64,000 bases of DNA from Podarcis pityusensis (Eukaryota): assembly GCA_964106645.2 (NCBI GenBank), contig OZ067038.1; one strand, written 5' to 3'. Under the pieces are notes generated by a model. The model ran no database searches, was not told the DNA's origin, and saw only the letters and a list, made by a program, of their open reading frames with translations. The translations under genes and the position numbers were made by a program. Positions 1-13,000 of the stretch are shown one piece after another; position 1 is the first letter of the stretch; every line of letters starts with the position of its first letter.

Positions 1-459
1 TTATTTGCTGTAATAGGAGAAATATTGAGACGTTCATTTTACAGGGCAGTTTCCTATGCAAACCTCCACAACATGCAGATCCAGAGTTAACTGGTAACCA
101 AAATTAAGACTAAGCAAATTCTTTATACTTAGAAAAAGTAATGTAATCCCCTGAGAAGCCTGACTCATTCACCTTCCTACTAAAAACAGATGCTGCAAAA
201 ATTGGAACATATTGAAAGTTCAGGCCTAAATGACTGACTTAAAAGTTAGGAATTCGGGAGTCGTTCCAGCAACAAGGCCAAGGATTAGCTGACACGTTCA
301 ATTTAAAATGATGACTCCCTTCCTGAGCAGACAAAAAAGAAAATACGTTAGAAAGTCCATCCAATTTTTATTTCGCCATTCCAAGCATAGAAAGCTAAAT
401 ATACCTAGGAGATTTAGTACTTATGCTGATGCAATGACTGCACTCCCATGTAATGCTTA

Positions 460-850
460 AGCATGGCTTGGCATTATGAGGGTGAAATGCAGTAAACCTC
501 AGGCTCACAAACCGCCACCACCCCTGAAATGTTGCTACAAGGAGTTGAGAAGTTTTCCTTTCATTTATAGATTAACCACATCTGATCTGCCATCTGAACT
601 TGGGAGAAACTGTGGCTCGCCTTAGCTTAATGGAAACTAGTCACCTTCAAGCCATAATTTAAGAAGCTGTCTTGTTTTTATTCACCATAGTTAAGATTAA
701 CTTGGGATTCAGTTGCAACACTAAACCGTGGTTAATCCAAAACAAAAGCTGAAAGTTCAGGAATCTCCTTGTGGCCGTGTCAGTCGTGAAGAGAGGAGCA
801 CACAAGCCTGAGATTCACAGCCCCTCATCCTCATAATGCTAGGCACTTAG
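460..850. mobile_element. Old palindromic MITE-like repeat
   Basis: Ends ggcattatgagggtga...ctcaggct and agcctgag...tcatcctcataatgct are inverted complements. Confidence 0.55.
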
Positions 851-951
851 GCCATCAAGAAGTTAATATATTTCAGGTATAAGGGCAACCTAAACCATAA
901 ACAAGGAAAACATTGGACAGAGATTTTCAGCATTTTAAAATATAGCCTTAC

Positions 952-1021
952 CAGCTTCCACCGGCTTGGTCTTCTGGTACGTTGAAGACAATTTCTCAAT
1001 ATCTTCAAAAGCTGCTGCATT
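952..1021 (-). CDS. CTTN: CTTN exon (70 nt)
   Basis: tag|AAT GCA...GAA GCT G|gtaag; [23 protein letters not shown]. Confidence 0.95.
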
Positions 1022-4000
1022 CTATCAATAAAAGACAGATGAGGTCACAAACATATTCAGGGACAAGATAACAAGACATTAGAAATGCACACAACAGTTT
1101 TATTTGAAGAAGTCATTTTTATGCTCCAAAGTTGCTTTTCATGTACAAGCTGCACGTTCTCAAAGGTGACATGTGCACTCAAAACAAATAAAAAGGCTGT
1201 GTGATTTTAATAAGTATCCAGACAAAGCAAAATGCCACCTGACACTTGCCAATCTAATGACAAATGAAAACTTGGATGCAAGAGGTGTTTGACATTTTTT
1301 TATAATTAAAATGAAACACAAAGCTAAATTTCAACTGAGCAGAGAACCCAAAAGAGCAACTCTCAATTTCAAAAAGCAGTAGAGAAGCTTTAAGTGCACA
1401 ATGATATGAGGTAGCAAAGGGAACAGATGTCTCTATCACAAATATATGAAGGTTCAACATATGAGTAGACATGGTTACAATTGCACGGAAGGTTGAGGAT
1501 GCTTTTATGAACTGATCCCTGGTACTTTTTATGTTGCAACGCTCTTTTTTATGCATTTGGACATTTATATGCTACATTTTTGTAATGTTTTTTTCTACTT
1601 CTTGTGAGCTGCTAAAATTGCAGCTGATATGAATTACCTCACAATTTTTGTTTCTTAAAAACAAAACAACAAAAACCACTTTCATCATCCACCAGCCACA
1701 CGTGAGTATGTATATATGCCTAAGAAAGGATCTCTTTTCCAGAACAGGTTCTGTATTGGTCCGCTGTTCTAGAAAATAAAGTAAGAAGCTCCTTTGTATA
1801 CTTATTCATTGAATTCAGAGCGGATTATTTCTGAGCACCTCTGCATTGGACTGGTGATTCTAATCTGAGGCAGCCATTATAAAAACTGATGTCAGGGGGT
1901 ATTTATTCCACATTATTTAATGCAGACAATTTATCTCTGGCTCCACCCATCATCAGTTCCCAGACAGAAATGAAAGGTTGCCCATCCTTGCCATAAGAAA
2001 TATTTGATTTACGGTCATACCTTATCCATTCGATCTTTCTGCACGCCATATTTTCCACCAAAGCCTTTCGAATAGTCTAAAAACAGGACCAAAAAACACT
2101 AATTGTAGGTGATTGTTTCTACCCCTCTTTTGAGTTTTCTCAAATGCAGATGAGTACTGAAAGGAGCTGCATGCTTAAGAGTTCCCAATGACTGCAGCCA
2201 AGCAAAAAACGGAAAAGAAGTAGATGCAATAAATATATACATATATATACTTGTAAGATTTTGGAAGAAGTGTCGGCAGATGTGCAAGCTACAGTGGGCC
2301 AGATTCATGCTTCCACATTCATCAGCTGAAATGACACTGGATGACCGTTGGCAGGAATCAAGCAAAGAAAAGGATGCTCTCCCTCTCTGGACCCAACACC
2401 CTGCCTGCCTCACACCACTTCCATAGAGCAGCCTTGATTACTCTACTTCTAGCATTTACTTCTCGCCACTTCTGGCATTCACCATGTCAATGAATGAGCG
2501 TTTTAAATGCCAAAAAGACACAGATATATTAACCACAGAGGGCTTTGTAGCCAACTAAGCCATAGTCTTTAGTAGATACAATGAAAAGCACTGAACTGAC
2601 ATCAGTCAGGCCCACCGATTTCAGAGAGTCTACTTTGAGCAGGGCATTGTCTCATTAAAGATTGACAACAGTACAATTAAATGCTGGATAGACAAACTTC
2701 TACAAAACACACACACTGTGGGGGGAAACTGAAGGAATGAAATACTTCTTATTTATAGAAGGATCTCATGGGCTGCCTTGCCTTATTTTCATCAAGGAGA
2801 TTCTATGTAAAGAGAGTTTATATATCTATCTATCCACCCAAAACATTGGAACCAAGTCACCTTTGCCTAACGTTTCAATGAAGACATTATTTACATGTTT
2901 TATATTGAACTGATACACTGCATAAAAACAAAATCTCAAACCTTCTAACAGCCAAATCAGGGCATATTTTATATCGGATGGATGGTGCATGACTTTAACA
3001 TTGCAACATATGGAAACTACTGTACTAGTTCTAGGAAATGAATTGCACATGGGTTTTCCTTTGAAGAAAGAGGCAAGGGAGCTCTCTCTCTCTCTATATA
3101 TATATACAGTGGTACCTCTGGTTACGTACTTAATTCGTTCCAGAGGTCTGTTCTTAACCTGAAACTGTTCTTAACGTGCCACCGCCACGCGATTTCTGTT
3201 CTCAAAAAGTTCTTAACCCGAGGTACTATTTCTGGGTTAGCAGAGTCTTTAACCTGAAGCATATGTAACCTGAAGCGTATGTAACCTGAAGCGTATGTAA
3301 CCTGAGGTACCACTGTATATTTATATGTAATGTTGGCTAGGTTGATTTCACAGCACATGGAGAAAAGACGATAATCTCATAGTGGTGCCTGTTATGCTAT
3401 TTCATCCATTGCATTTAAAGAAAGAGACACTGATGTCTGCATTTTTAAGCAGTATTATCAATTTCAGCATAAACCTAAAATGTTGGCTTCTTGTTATGAC
3501 GGAAGAAACTCAACTGTTTAAGGACGTGGGTATTACAAGTGACATTTCCTGGACAGAATCAACCTTGCTATGGCAAAGACTCAGGCTTTGTAGGCCAGAA
3601 TCAAGAACCACACAAGGCATGGGAGAGGTCCACTCCTTACATATCATAGAGTCCACACTCAAGCAAAACTATTGCAGACGACTGACCTGATGTGCACTTG
3701 CCAAAAATAATAATAATGAAGAATGGCTGCCATTAGCTTTAAAACATTCAACTAAAGATTGCAGCGATGTATTGGGATGATATGATTCAGAGAGAAAGAA
3801 ATGTTGCCGTGAAACTGCCCGAGGGAGGTGCAGGACTTTCAAAGAGAGCAACTTAAGTCTATGGTAGAAGTGGCAGCACTGGGTAAGTTACAACTAGAAG
3901 CTATGCCTTGTTGTGATTCGTGCTTCGCTAGTTTCTCCTTGTAGTCAAACCCCACAGCTGAGGAGTCCTGCCTCTCTGTTTGAACACCGAATTTCCCTCC

Positions 4001-7000
4001 GAAACCACTCTTATAGTCTGAGAAATCCAGGTTATATCACGAGGAGAAAGAAGCAAGAGGAGAGAAGGAGAAGGACAGGAGGAAGAGAGACATATTTAGA
4101 TACAACATGGATGAACAAAAAACAAACACTATTAAAAAGCCCCCAAAAGTATTAATTTATTACCTGCCCCTAACCCTAAGGTACCAGGGCAGGTTGCAAC
4201 AATTAAAACACAATGTTAAAAAACAGATTAAAACAATTTACAATCACAAAAAATAAAAAATCACAAAAGGAAGGGGGGTCCTAAAAATACGCATCTCAAG
4301 TATCACAGAAGCTAAATAATGAAGTTGCCAGACACCTCTATTGGGATGAGTACCACAACTTAGGGGTTGCCAGAGAGAATTTTCTTTCCTGGGCCACCCC
4401 CTCCCCATAGCATCTGAGGGTAGTGGAATGAACAGGAGTGCCCCCCTCTACCAATCTGAGAGCTCAAGAGGGTCCAGTAGGGAAGGAGTTGGTCTTTCAG
4501 GTATCTAGAGGGTGAGTCATTTAGGTCTTTAAACACTAATATGAGTATTTTGGAGCCAGAAACAAAATGGTAACCAGTGCAGCTGTTTTAAAACAGGAGT
4601 TATGTGCTATCTAAATGGAGCCAGAGCCAGTAATCTGGCCACTGTATTTTCAACCAATTTAAGTTTCTGAGATGTCTTCAAGGGCAGTCCCATTTAGAGC
4701 ACACTGCAATAATCCAATATGGAAGTTACCAATCGTGGAGTACAATGGCCAGGTCATTTTTGCCCCAAAGGGGCTGAGGCTGGTGAACCAGCGGGATCTG
4801 GAAAAAGGCACTCCTGGCCTCTAAGCTCACCTGAGCCTCCAGTAACAAACAGTGCTGAATCCAGGAACAGACCTGCTCCTCCCAGGGGAGTGTAACCCCA
4901 CCCAGGACAGGCCATTGCCTCACTTCCTGGGTGTAAGAACTCAGAACACATAACACCTCTGTCTTTCCAAGATTCAGTCCATCACTGTTTCCAAGCAACT
5001 GCCTCTCCCAACTCAGATGAAACAAAAAGAGAAAGGTGGGTGTCATCTGCATATTGATGGCACGTCAAATCTCCTGATGACAGCTCCCAGTGGATTCATA
5101 TAGAGGTCAAATAGCATGGGGGACAAGATGAAACCCTGCAGGACACCACGGGATGACTCCCATGGCGTTGAAGAGTAGCCTCCCATAACTACTTTCAGGA
5201 ACACATCATGCAATTCAGAACCAAAATACACACTGAGAAATCTTATGGTCCCAAGACTGTTTTACTTCAGATTGCAGCTGGGAGAAATCAGAGCTTGGAA
5301 TGCCACACGTTTGAAAGCCCATGCCAAAAATCCCCTGCATATACACAGCAATCACACCAAGGAGAAGAATGTGCTAAAACTTTCTCTGATATACCCATCT
5401 TTTCAAAAGCAGAACGCATTTTTCACAAAGGAAAGCATTCAGGCATACTATTTCCCTTTCCACCTCACAATATACAAGTGAAATGGTGCAAGCCCATGTA
5501 ATATTTTTGAACATGTAGTTTGAGTCTGAAAACTCTGAAGAATATTTTCACAAGTTTCCCAGTTCCATCAGCCTCAGCCAATGGTTAGGGATGCTGTAGT
5601 TTAAAATCTGGAGGTCACCACTTTGGTGACCTCTGCTAGAGATCATGTGATGCATATACTTCCTTCTATATGAACACGACAACAGTATAGTATAGTATAC
5701 AGTACAGTATATAGGATGGTAATCATTGTACCCCTTTATATGTACAGCCAAGAAATATGTATATACCTTTCTGAGATTCGTGCAGTTGTACTTTTTCCTG
5801 GTGATCCCAGCCAAGGGCACATTTGTCCTGTCTGTCCGTCTGCACTCCAAACTTTCCACCAAAACCTTTTGTATAATCTAGATAGATAAAATAACACAAG
5901 GTGTTACCGAAATAACGTTTTTGTCCTGGAGGAAGTTTAAAGTGAATTTATATATTTAAGAGAAAGTAGCTAGAGGTCTTCTTCCCCTTGCCAAGTCCAA
6001 CTCAATGTACGAGTAGGATTTTTTTTTTTTAACGGTGGGAAAATAGTAGTACACAAAGCTGCAGTCATAAGGACTCAGCGAACTGAGATGAATTAAACTA
6101 CATGTTTAGGACATTTATTTTGCAATTTCTACTCTGCTACCTGGCTCCACAGTGCCTTGAGAATGCTACTGTATAGAACTCAGCAAATATTCACTATAGT
6201 CCAATTTACACAAAACAGAAATGCACAAGAAGGAATACTGCTAATCTTATGAGGTGCAAACTTAAGAGGCAGCTGTTTATACCAAACAAAAAACAAACAA
6301 AAAATAGTAGTGTTTTGCCACATCAGCAGTTACTAGTTCTATCATCCAGATTTCCTGCTGGATGCAGTAAATTGTCTGAGCCGAGGTATTCACAGGATAT
6401 TTTTGTGGTTTTTAAGTTATGAACCACCTTGAGATCTACGGATGAAGGGCAATATATAAATTTAATAAATAAACAAATAATCATAGGTAGCTAGTCATGT
6501 TAATGATTGTTCTATACTGCTTTTAATGGTTGTTACACTTATAAATTGTATATATCTATATATTACAGAGGTATTGTATTTATAAACATTTATAAATACT
6601 TGTACAAATAAGATTATTTAGATGATTTATTGAAATGATTGATATACCACCGTTTGCACAAGTCACAGGATGGTTTACAGTAAGGCAAACAAATCAAAAT
6701 CCATAACATCCATAAACACAACACAATCCTTATGAAGGAACTTGTGTGCTGTGAAGTTAGTTCAGAACTTTAATACAACTGTGTATTCTCACAGAGGCCT
6801 TCCTTAAGTAATCAACTTTAGGTTTGTTTATTTCATAGGCGTCAGGTGCTGTGGGATTTTTGTTATATTTTATTCTAAGGAAAGGAAGGATATAAAAGTA
6901 ACAAAATGAACAAAACAAAAAGACCGAATAAAGAGAAAGCGAAAGGGAAGAGGATTTTTTTACTTCTAAAAGTTGAAGGCTTCCGTTTATGCAGGGATAC

Positions 7001-10000
7001 TGAAGTATACTAAAAGGCTCAGGCTTAAAGAAGGCCAACCCAAAACCATTTCATGGAATAAAATTTAAAATAAAAACCTTTCTGTGATTCATGTTTTTCC
7101 GTTTTGCCCTGGTATTCAAAGCCAACAGCACTTTTGTCCACTTTCTCCTTGTCCACGCCATATTTACCACCAAAACCTTTGGAATAATCTGGAGATGGGA
7201 TAGAGGGAAAATCAAAAAATCATCACAGCAGTACAAACTAAGACACTAAATTCTTTCTATTGATAGCTATTTGGCTAGCAGTGGTCAGTTCACACATTCT
7301 CCTGCCCCTCACCCCAACTGAGTATTCAAGTGCTGACTTGCATGTGTGAAAGAGCCATCACTACCCAACCACCACAGAGGACACTTTCACATCACAAGAC
7401 ATCGAGTTCATCCGTATTTTTCAATAAAATATGGAGAAGGAAAAGAGAAGTGGCTTTTTGTTCCCTGAGAAACAGCCTTTTGGAGAACAAGTGCTTGCAG
7501 TAGCTCCTTGCTGCCTCCTGCAAAAACTGAACAGAAAGAGACTGGTTTCTTCCACAGAGAATAAAAGTGCATAATTCTGCTCATGGTTTTGCAGAAAGGA
7601 GCAGCAGCAGCAAAAACAAAAATATGCAAACAAAAGCCTAACTACCTCTTATCCCTGGCAAACACCCCCCACCCCCATACCAGAGAACTGAGAAGAAGAG
7701 GTCATTTTCCACAAACAGGCAAATAAGGGTTTGTTGATTGGTTGGTTTTTTCGGAAACCCATTACCAAGCTTTTGAAAAGAGACACTTTTTCTTGGTTTT
7801 CCACCACTGCAGCCGGAACTCAGAATTTAGAATCTCCAGGTATTAAGATTTTCTATCAAACCTACTAGATAAGCTTCTCGCCTCCTCTAACGCCAACTCT
7901 GGATTGAAGAGAACTCCTGTGTTAGCTAAACCGTGAGAATTTTCAAACACGAAAGGAAGGTTATTTGTTGAGTTGATGCTATAAAAATGAGTCGCTGCCC
8001 TATTTTTTAAAGAGGGGGGAAAAAACATTTTACAAATTTACCACCATAGCACAAGCTCCTGAAATTTTAAAAAATGCACAGAATATAATGCAAGCAACAA
8101 ACCTTTCTGCGATTCATGCTTCTCTGTTTTCCCTTGGTAGTCAAATCCCAATGCGCTCTTGTCTACCCTGTCAGCCTGTACTCCATATTTCCCGCCAAAT
8201 CCACTTGAGTAGTCTGAGAAACGAGCACATTGAAAAAATGTCAAACTGCATGGATGCCGGTTGAACAATTCTGAAGATGATGCTAATTAGTGGCACCTCC
8301 TTCAATAATTACCTCCCTGCCACCCTTATAACTATGAAAAGAGTGGTTTGAAGTGTGTTAAAGAGTAAATATTTGGCATTTATGTAATAGTCACAGTTAC
8401 AGTAACTTTACTGAAGGATATCTGATATGTTAGGGGTAAGGCCTAGACAGTGTACCGCCACGCTCCTCACATGATTTTGACGTGTGAAGGAAATAAATGC
8501 CCTAATAAGGCTTCCATCTGAGTGGCTATTCAGTTAGGAATAGACTCAATACTGAGGTACTAAACACAAATGATATTCTGTAGAAAGTATCTTGTAACAA
8601 AAGATCCTCTTATTTAAAGGGTCCCATCTTTTTTTAAAAAAAAAACCAACTCTAAAAAAGGAAAGGATTTGCCACAACTCATTATTTGAAAGGTCAATTC
8701 TTCTATCTGGGTCATTTGCCAACTGTGACATGGAATGACAGGCTTAACATTCCTGTTCCATAAGCCTTCATGAAAAAAATACAGTGGTACCTTGGGTTAA
8801 GTACTTAATTCATTCCGGAGGTCCGTACTTAACCTGAAACTGTTCTTAACCTGAAGCACCACTTTAGCTAATGGGGCCTCTTGCTGGAGCACGATTTCTG
8901 TTCTCATCCTGAAGCAAAGTTCTTAACCTGAAGCACTATTTCTGGGTTAGCGGAGTCTGTAACCTGAAGCGTATGTAACCCAAGGTACCACTGTACTGGA
9001 AAAGAATTCTGCAGCAGCATTTGTTGCGAAGAAGAAAATATGAATTCTACAGAAACTCCTCAGAATGCTTTACCTTTCTGAGAAGCATGTTTCTCAGTTT
9101 TCCCCTGGTATTCAAATCCCACAGCGGACTGCAGAAATAAATAAATAAAATGAAAATTATTTTAATAACAATAAAAAGTATTACAAGAGTATTCTAAACA
9201 AAGAAGCACCCCCAAGTGGTATTAATAAATGACACTTACATGTGAACCATCTTAATACAGCCACATCAACACCTACACTATAAAAATGTAGGAGGCAGCT
9301 ATCAAACGCATTTCTAGAAATACAGGAAGTCGTTTACCTGGTCAACCCTATCGACTTGCACACCAAACTTCCCACCAAAACCTTTCACCGAGTCCACCTG
9401 GGAACAGTGCTGAGAAAGCTTAGACTGATATTCATGACCAACAGCTGACTGGAAGAACAAGAAAAGACACATTTAATATAAACATATGGACCAATTAACT
9501 TCCACCTAGAGGAAGGAAAAACCTATTCATTCAACACAAAACTGAACAAGCACTATGGTTACTGGGTCCTCCCTGTGGAACCTGAAGTTTGTATAAGCCC
9601 CAAAGAAACTATAGAAATGACATCAGAAAGCTAAGGGCGTCAATGAACAATTAAGAGCGCTTTTAAGATTATTCAAACAAGTTAAACCATGGCTGCTCTG
9701 TATTTCTAAGAAAACATGTAACTTTAAAGGTTCAACCTTGGTTGCCTTTTCTACTTAAATTGTAGAAGACAAGCAAAGATTGCAGTCTTGGCTCCATGTA
9801 TATTGGAGTGTGGGGGACCTTTTTGGCCAGATCATTATCTCCCCCATGCCAGAAGGCCAACTCTGACAGGTGGATGGGACCAGCTCCTTGTCAGTCATCT
9901 GTTGTCACACTGAACTAGATGGGACTGAACTCCCTGTGGATCAGCTGATGCAGTTGGTGGTTCAATCCTGCTTTGTGCAGCTTCATCTCTACCTGCTTCA

Positions 10001-13000
10001 CACCTGACATCACATATGACATCAGGTGGGCCGAGTTTCAGAGAAACAGCCTCCTGGGCCAGATGCAGAAAGCTGGTGGGCCAAGTTTGGCTTGTGGCCT
10101 GGAGGTCCCCATCCAAGATATATATGAACACGATCTCTTCAGTTGACATGATGTGAACATTGTAAAAATCCAGCTTTCTTGTTATTTTTACTTTTCCAAA
10201 TAAGATTTAAAGTTCAAAATGTATTTATAGGTGCAAAGGCTCTTGAGCAAGTCACTGACAGGGAGGTATTTGGTCATTTCATGGACTAGACTGTTATAGG
10301 ATGTGTGATCTTTGTTGCATATTTTGTTGTTTCTTCAACTTGGTAAATTGCCTTGTGTACAGCAATATAGAAAGGCGGTATACAAATTAAAAGTGAATGG
10401 GGGGGGGAGAGAAATTCCATTACCTCAGCTTATAGGAGTCAGTACTTCCATTTACCAAAATATATACAGACTCAATTGTAAATAGCAAAGGGGGGGGAGC
10501 CAATGCACTAGGAGTATCATGGTCTAGAGATGCAAGAAGGCCACAGGAAAGGGATAGCCCTTAACCACTACAAACGTCATTTTGAACTATCCTTGTGTGA
10601 ACGTGGCCCACTTGGTATCTATGATAAATCAAGTATTTACTGTGGCGACCCCATCAGTGTGGAATGCCCTCCTGATGGAATTCCACCAAGCATCTCTGCT
10701 TCTTATTTTTTAGATGTCTTTCGAAGACTTACTTATGTCAATAGGTTGTTTCAGCTGGATAAGTTGTATGTGATCGGCCAGATTCTTATGACAGTTTCTG
10801 GTCTTTGATGCTTACCGTGACTGTATATGTGCTTTACACGACTTTTTCTATACAAGTTGTCAGTATATTAAATATTGTTACAAAGAAAAAGTATAAATAA
10901 AATAAAGGCTGCCATTACTGCGCCAGCTATTATACCAGAAAGCATCTTCCAACTGCAAGAGAATTCAGCTAAAATTGTGCCTTCAGTGTGCACTATGTTG
11001 TGTTGTGTTGCTATCCTACAGGAAGCCACCAGACACTCTCTTCCTTTCCCAAAGTCTCTATCAAGCATTAACAACTTCCTCCACATTTGGTCTCCACATT
11101 TGTCTTCCTGCAGAGCAGGAGAGAGATGCTAAGCATGTGCCTTATCAAACAGGAGCTTTTCTAGCGCGCAATTTGCCATTTCTGAGTTTCAAAATAAAAT
11201 AATAACAGAGTTTTCAGCATGGGAGGAGGTACAATAGGCTTCTATTCCAAACTGCAATGACCAGAAACAAAATCTATTGGGACTGTGGGATAAACAATTT
11301 AATGATTGTACCAAGTTTGCATACGTCAACTGCAGATCAGATTTAAAGAGAAAGAGAGAGTTCTAGTAAAATCATAGCCTCTTTCATCAGCTGAGGTAGT
11401 TTCAACTTGACCCAAGAGCTAGTTCCTCAAATCCTGTGTTCAGAATTAAGATACTTGGGGATTTTCCTCTTCATCATTTGTCTGCTGAGGTAAGAGCTTG
11501 TGGTTGCTGCAACCCACACTCAGATTTACTAACCACAATTCTCCTTCATGAATTGTAAGGATCAGAGGCCATTTACTGCATGCCACAATGCAGGCCTAGA
11601 GTATTGCAGTGTGTATATTCCACCTGGCACCACACTGACTCATATCAAGCACGGAGGCAACATGTCTCTCAGCAAATTTGGCCAATGGCTTTCTGCAATT
11701 CTTATTTTAGACTCCTACTACCTCTATGCCTCAATCAATAATAACCTTTTTTCTTTTTAAGCCAAGAATCCTCAGCATTCTCAATCAATTTCAGTTGTCA
11801 TTCTAGCCCATTTGAGCACAGAAATGGTCTTGGTTTGCCCTCTGAGATCACCTTTCCCAGAAGGCAGTCATGCGGGTTTCAATCCTGTGGGTTCTCCTAA
11901 ACCTCTCAGCGGCTTTCAAGTCTATCAGCAGTATTACCCTTCTGTCATTTCAGCTCTAGGCAGGAGGTTTTATTTTTAATTCAATTTAGCTTCATGTTCT
12001 TAATATGTCTTCCCCACCACCACTGTCTTTATACTCTTAAGTGTTTTGTTATTGAATTTGTTTTATTTCTTGTTGTGGGATGTCCTAAGAACTCTGTTAT
12101 TGGGCAGTGATAGTGAGGGTCTGTATAGAGAGGGAGAAGATGTCAAAGGATTGATTCATGAATGGAAGGGAAGTCAGCATGAATGTCAATTATGTATGTG
12201 AGGTAGACATTTCCTCAATTTAGAAAGTGTACTGGAAATATTAAGCACCTTCCCAGGAGCAGGACATGACACAAGGTATTTTCACTTCCCTGCAATTAGA
12301 AAGCAAAACTAAGAGCTGGACGAATTGCCAAGTCAAGTCAGACCAACTTTTCCACTATCCCAAGTTCCCTGTCAAAGGAATGCAACAATAGCACCAGACA
12401 CCCAGAAGCAGAAAGAGGGACAGGACATTTGAGCATGAGGCAGGGTCCAAGAAAGCCTGACGAGGCCCCTGTTTGGCAAATCATGCCTGTTACACAGCAC
12501 ATCAGCTGTGCAAAATCTTCTGCACTTACTTTGTCCATGCGGTCTTGTTCCACACCAAATTTTCCTCCATAGCCATGGGAAGCTTTTGGTCCTGTTTGAA
12601 GTTCCTTCTCCTTGAGAGTCTGATGCTCTTGGGATACATTCTCCCTCAGCTTATGAATGCTTTTTGAGACAAAACCAATTAAAAATAAGAGAAATTGCAG
12701 TAATAGATGCCACTTTGTTCTAGCTCTCGCCTCCTGTGCCATTTTTGCCCTTAACATTTTTAATTATCTTTAGGAAGAGAAAGAAACTACATCAACTACT
12801 CCCATAATTAAATAAAAACCACTATTTGCATACCCATTTCAAAATCCTTCTACATTATTCCCACCCCTCTGCACACACATACCTTGCTGCTTTAAACAGA
12901 GGAAGAAACCTAGGGGAGGAGTTCAATGTCGTACTAAGGTTTCAGCTTGCCAAACAAAGCAATCCCTCCTCTCCTTCCTCCATGCACTGTTCTTGAGGTT

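Noticed and set aside
3250-3305. Short direct repeats resembling a CRISPR or iteron array
   Set aside because: Contiguous 16-bp units without spacers, internal to a MITE in vertebrate DNA.
12338-12757. 139-aa ORF with a hydrophobic signal-like N-terminus containing cortactin sequence
   Set aside because: Only 12530-12659 is exonic; the flanks are intron read-through with no evidence of use.
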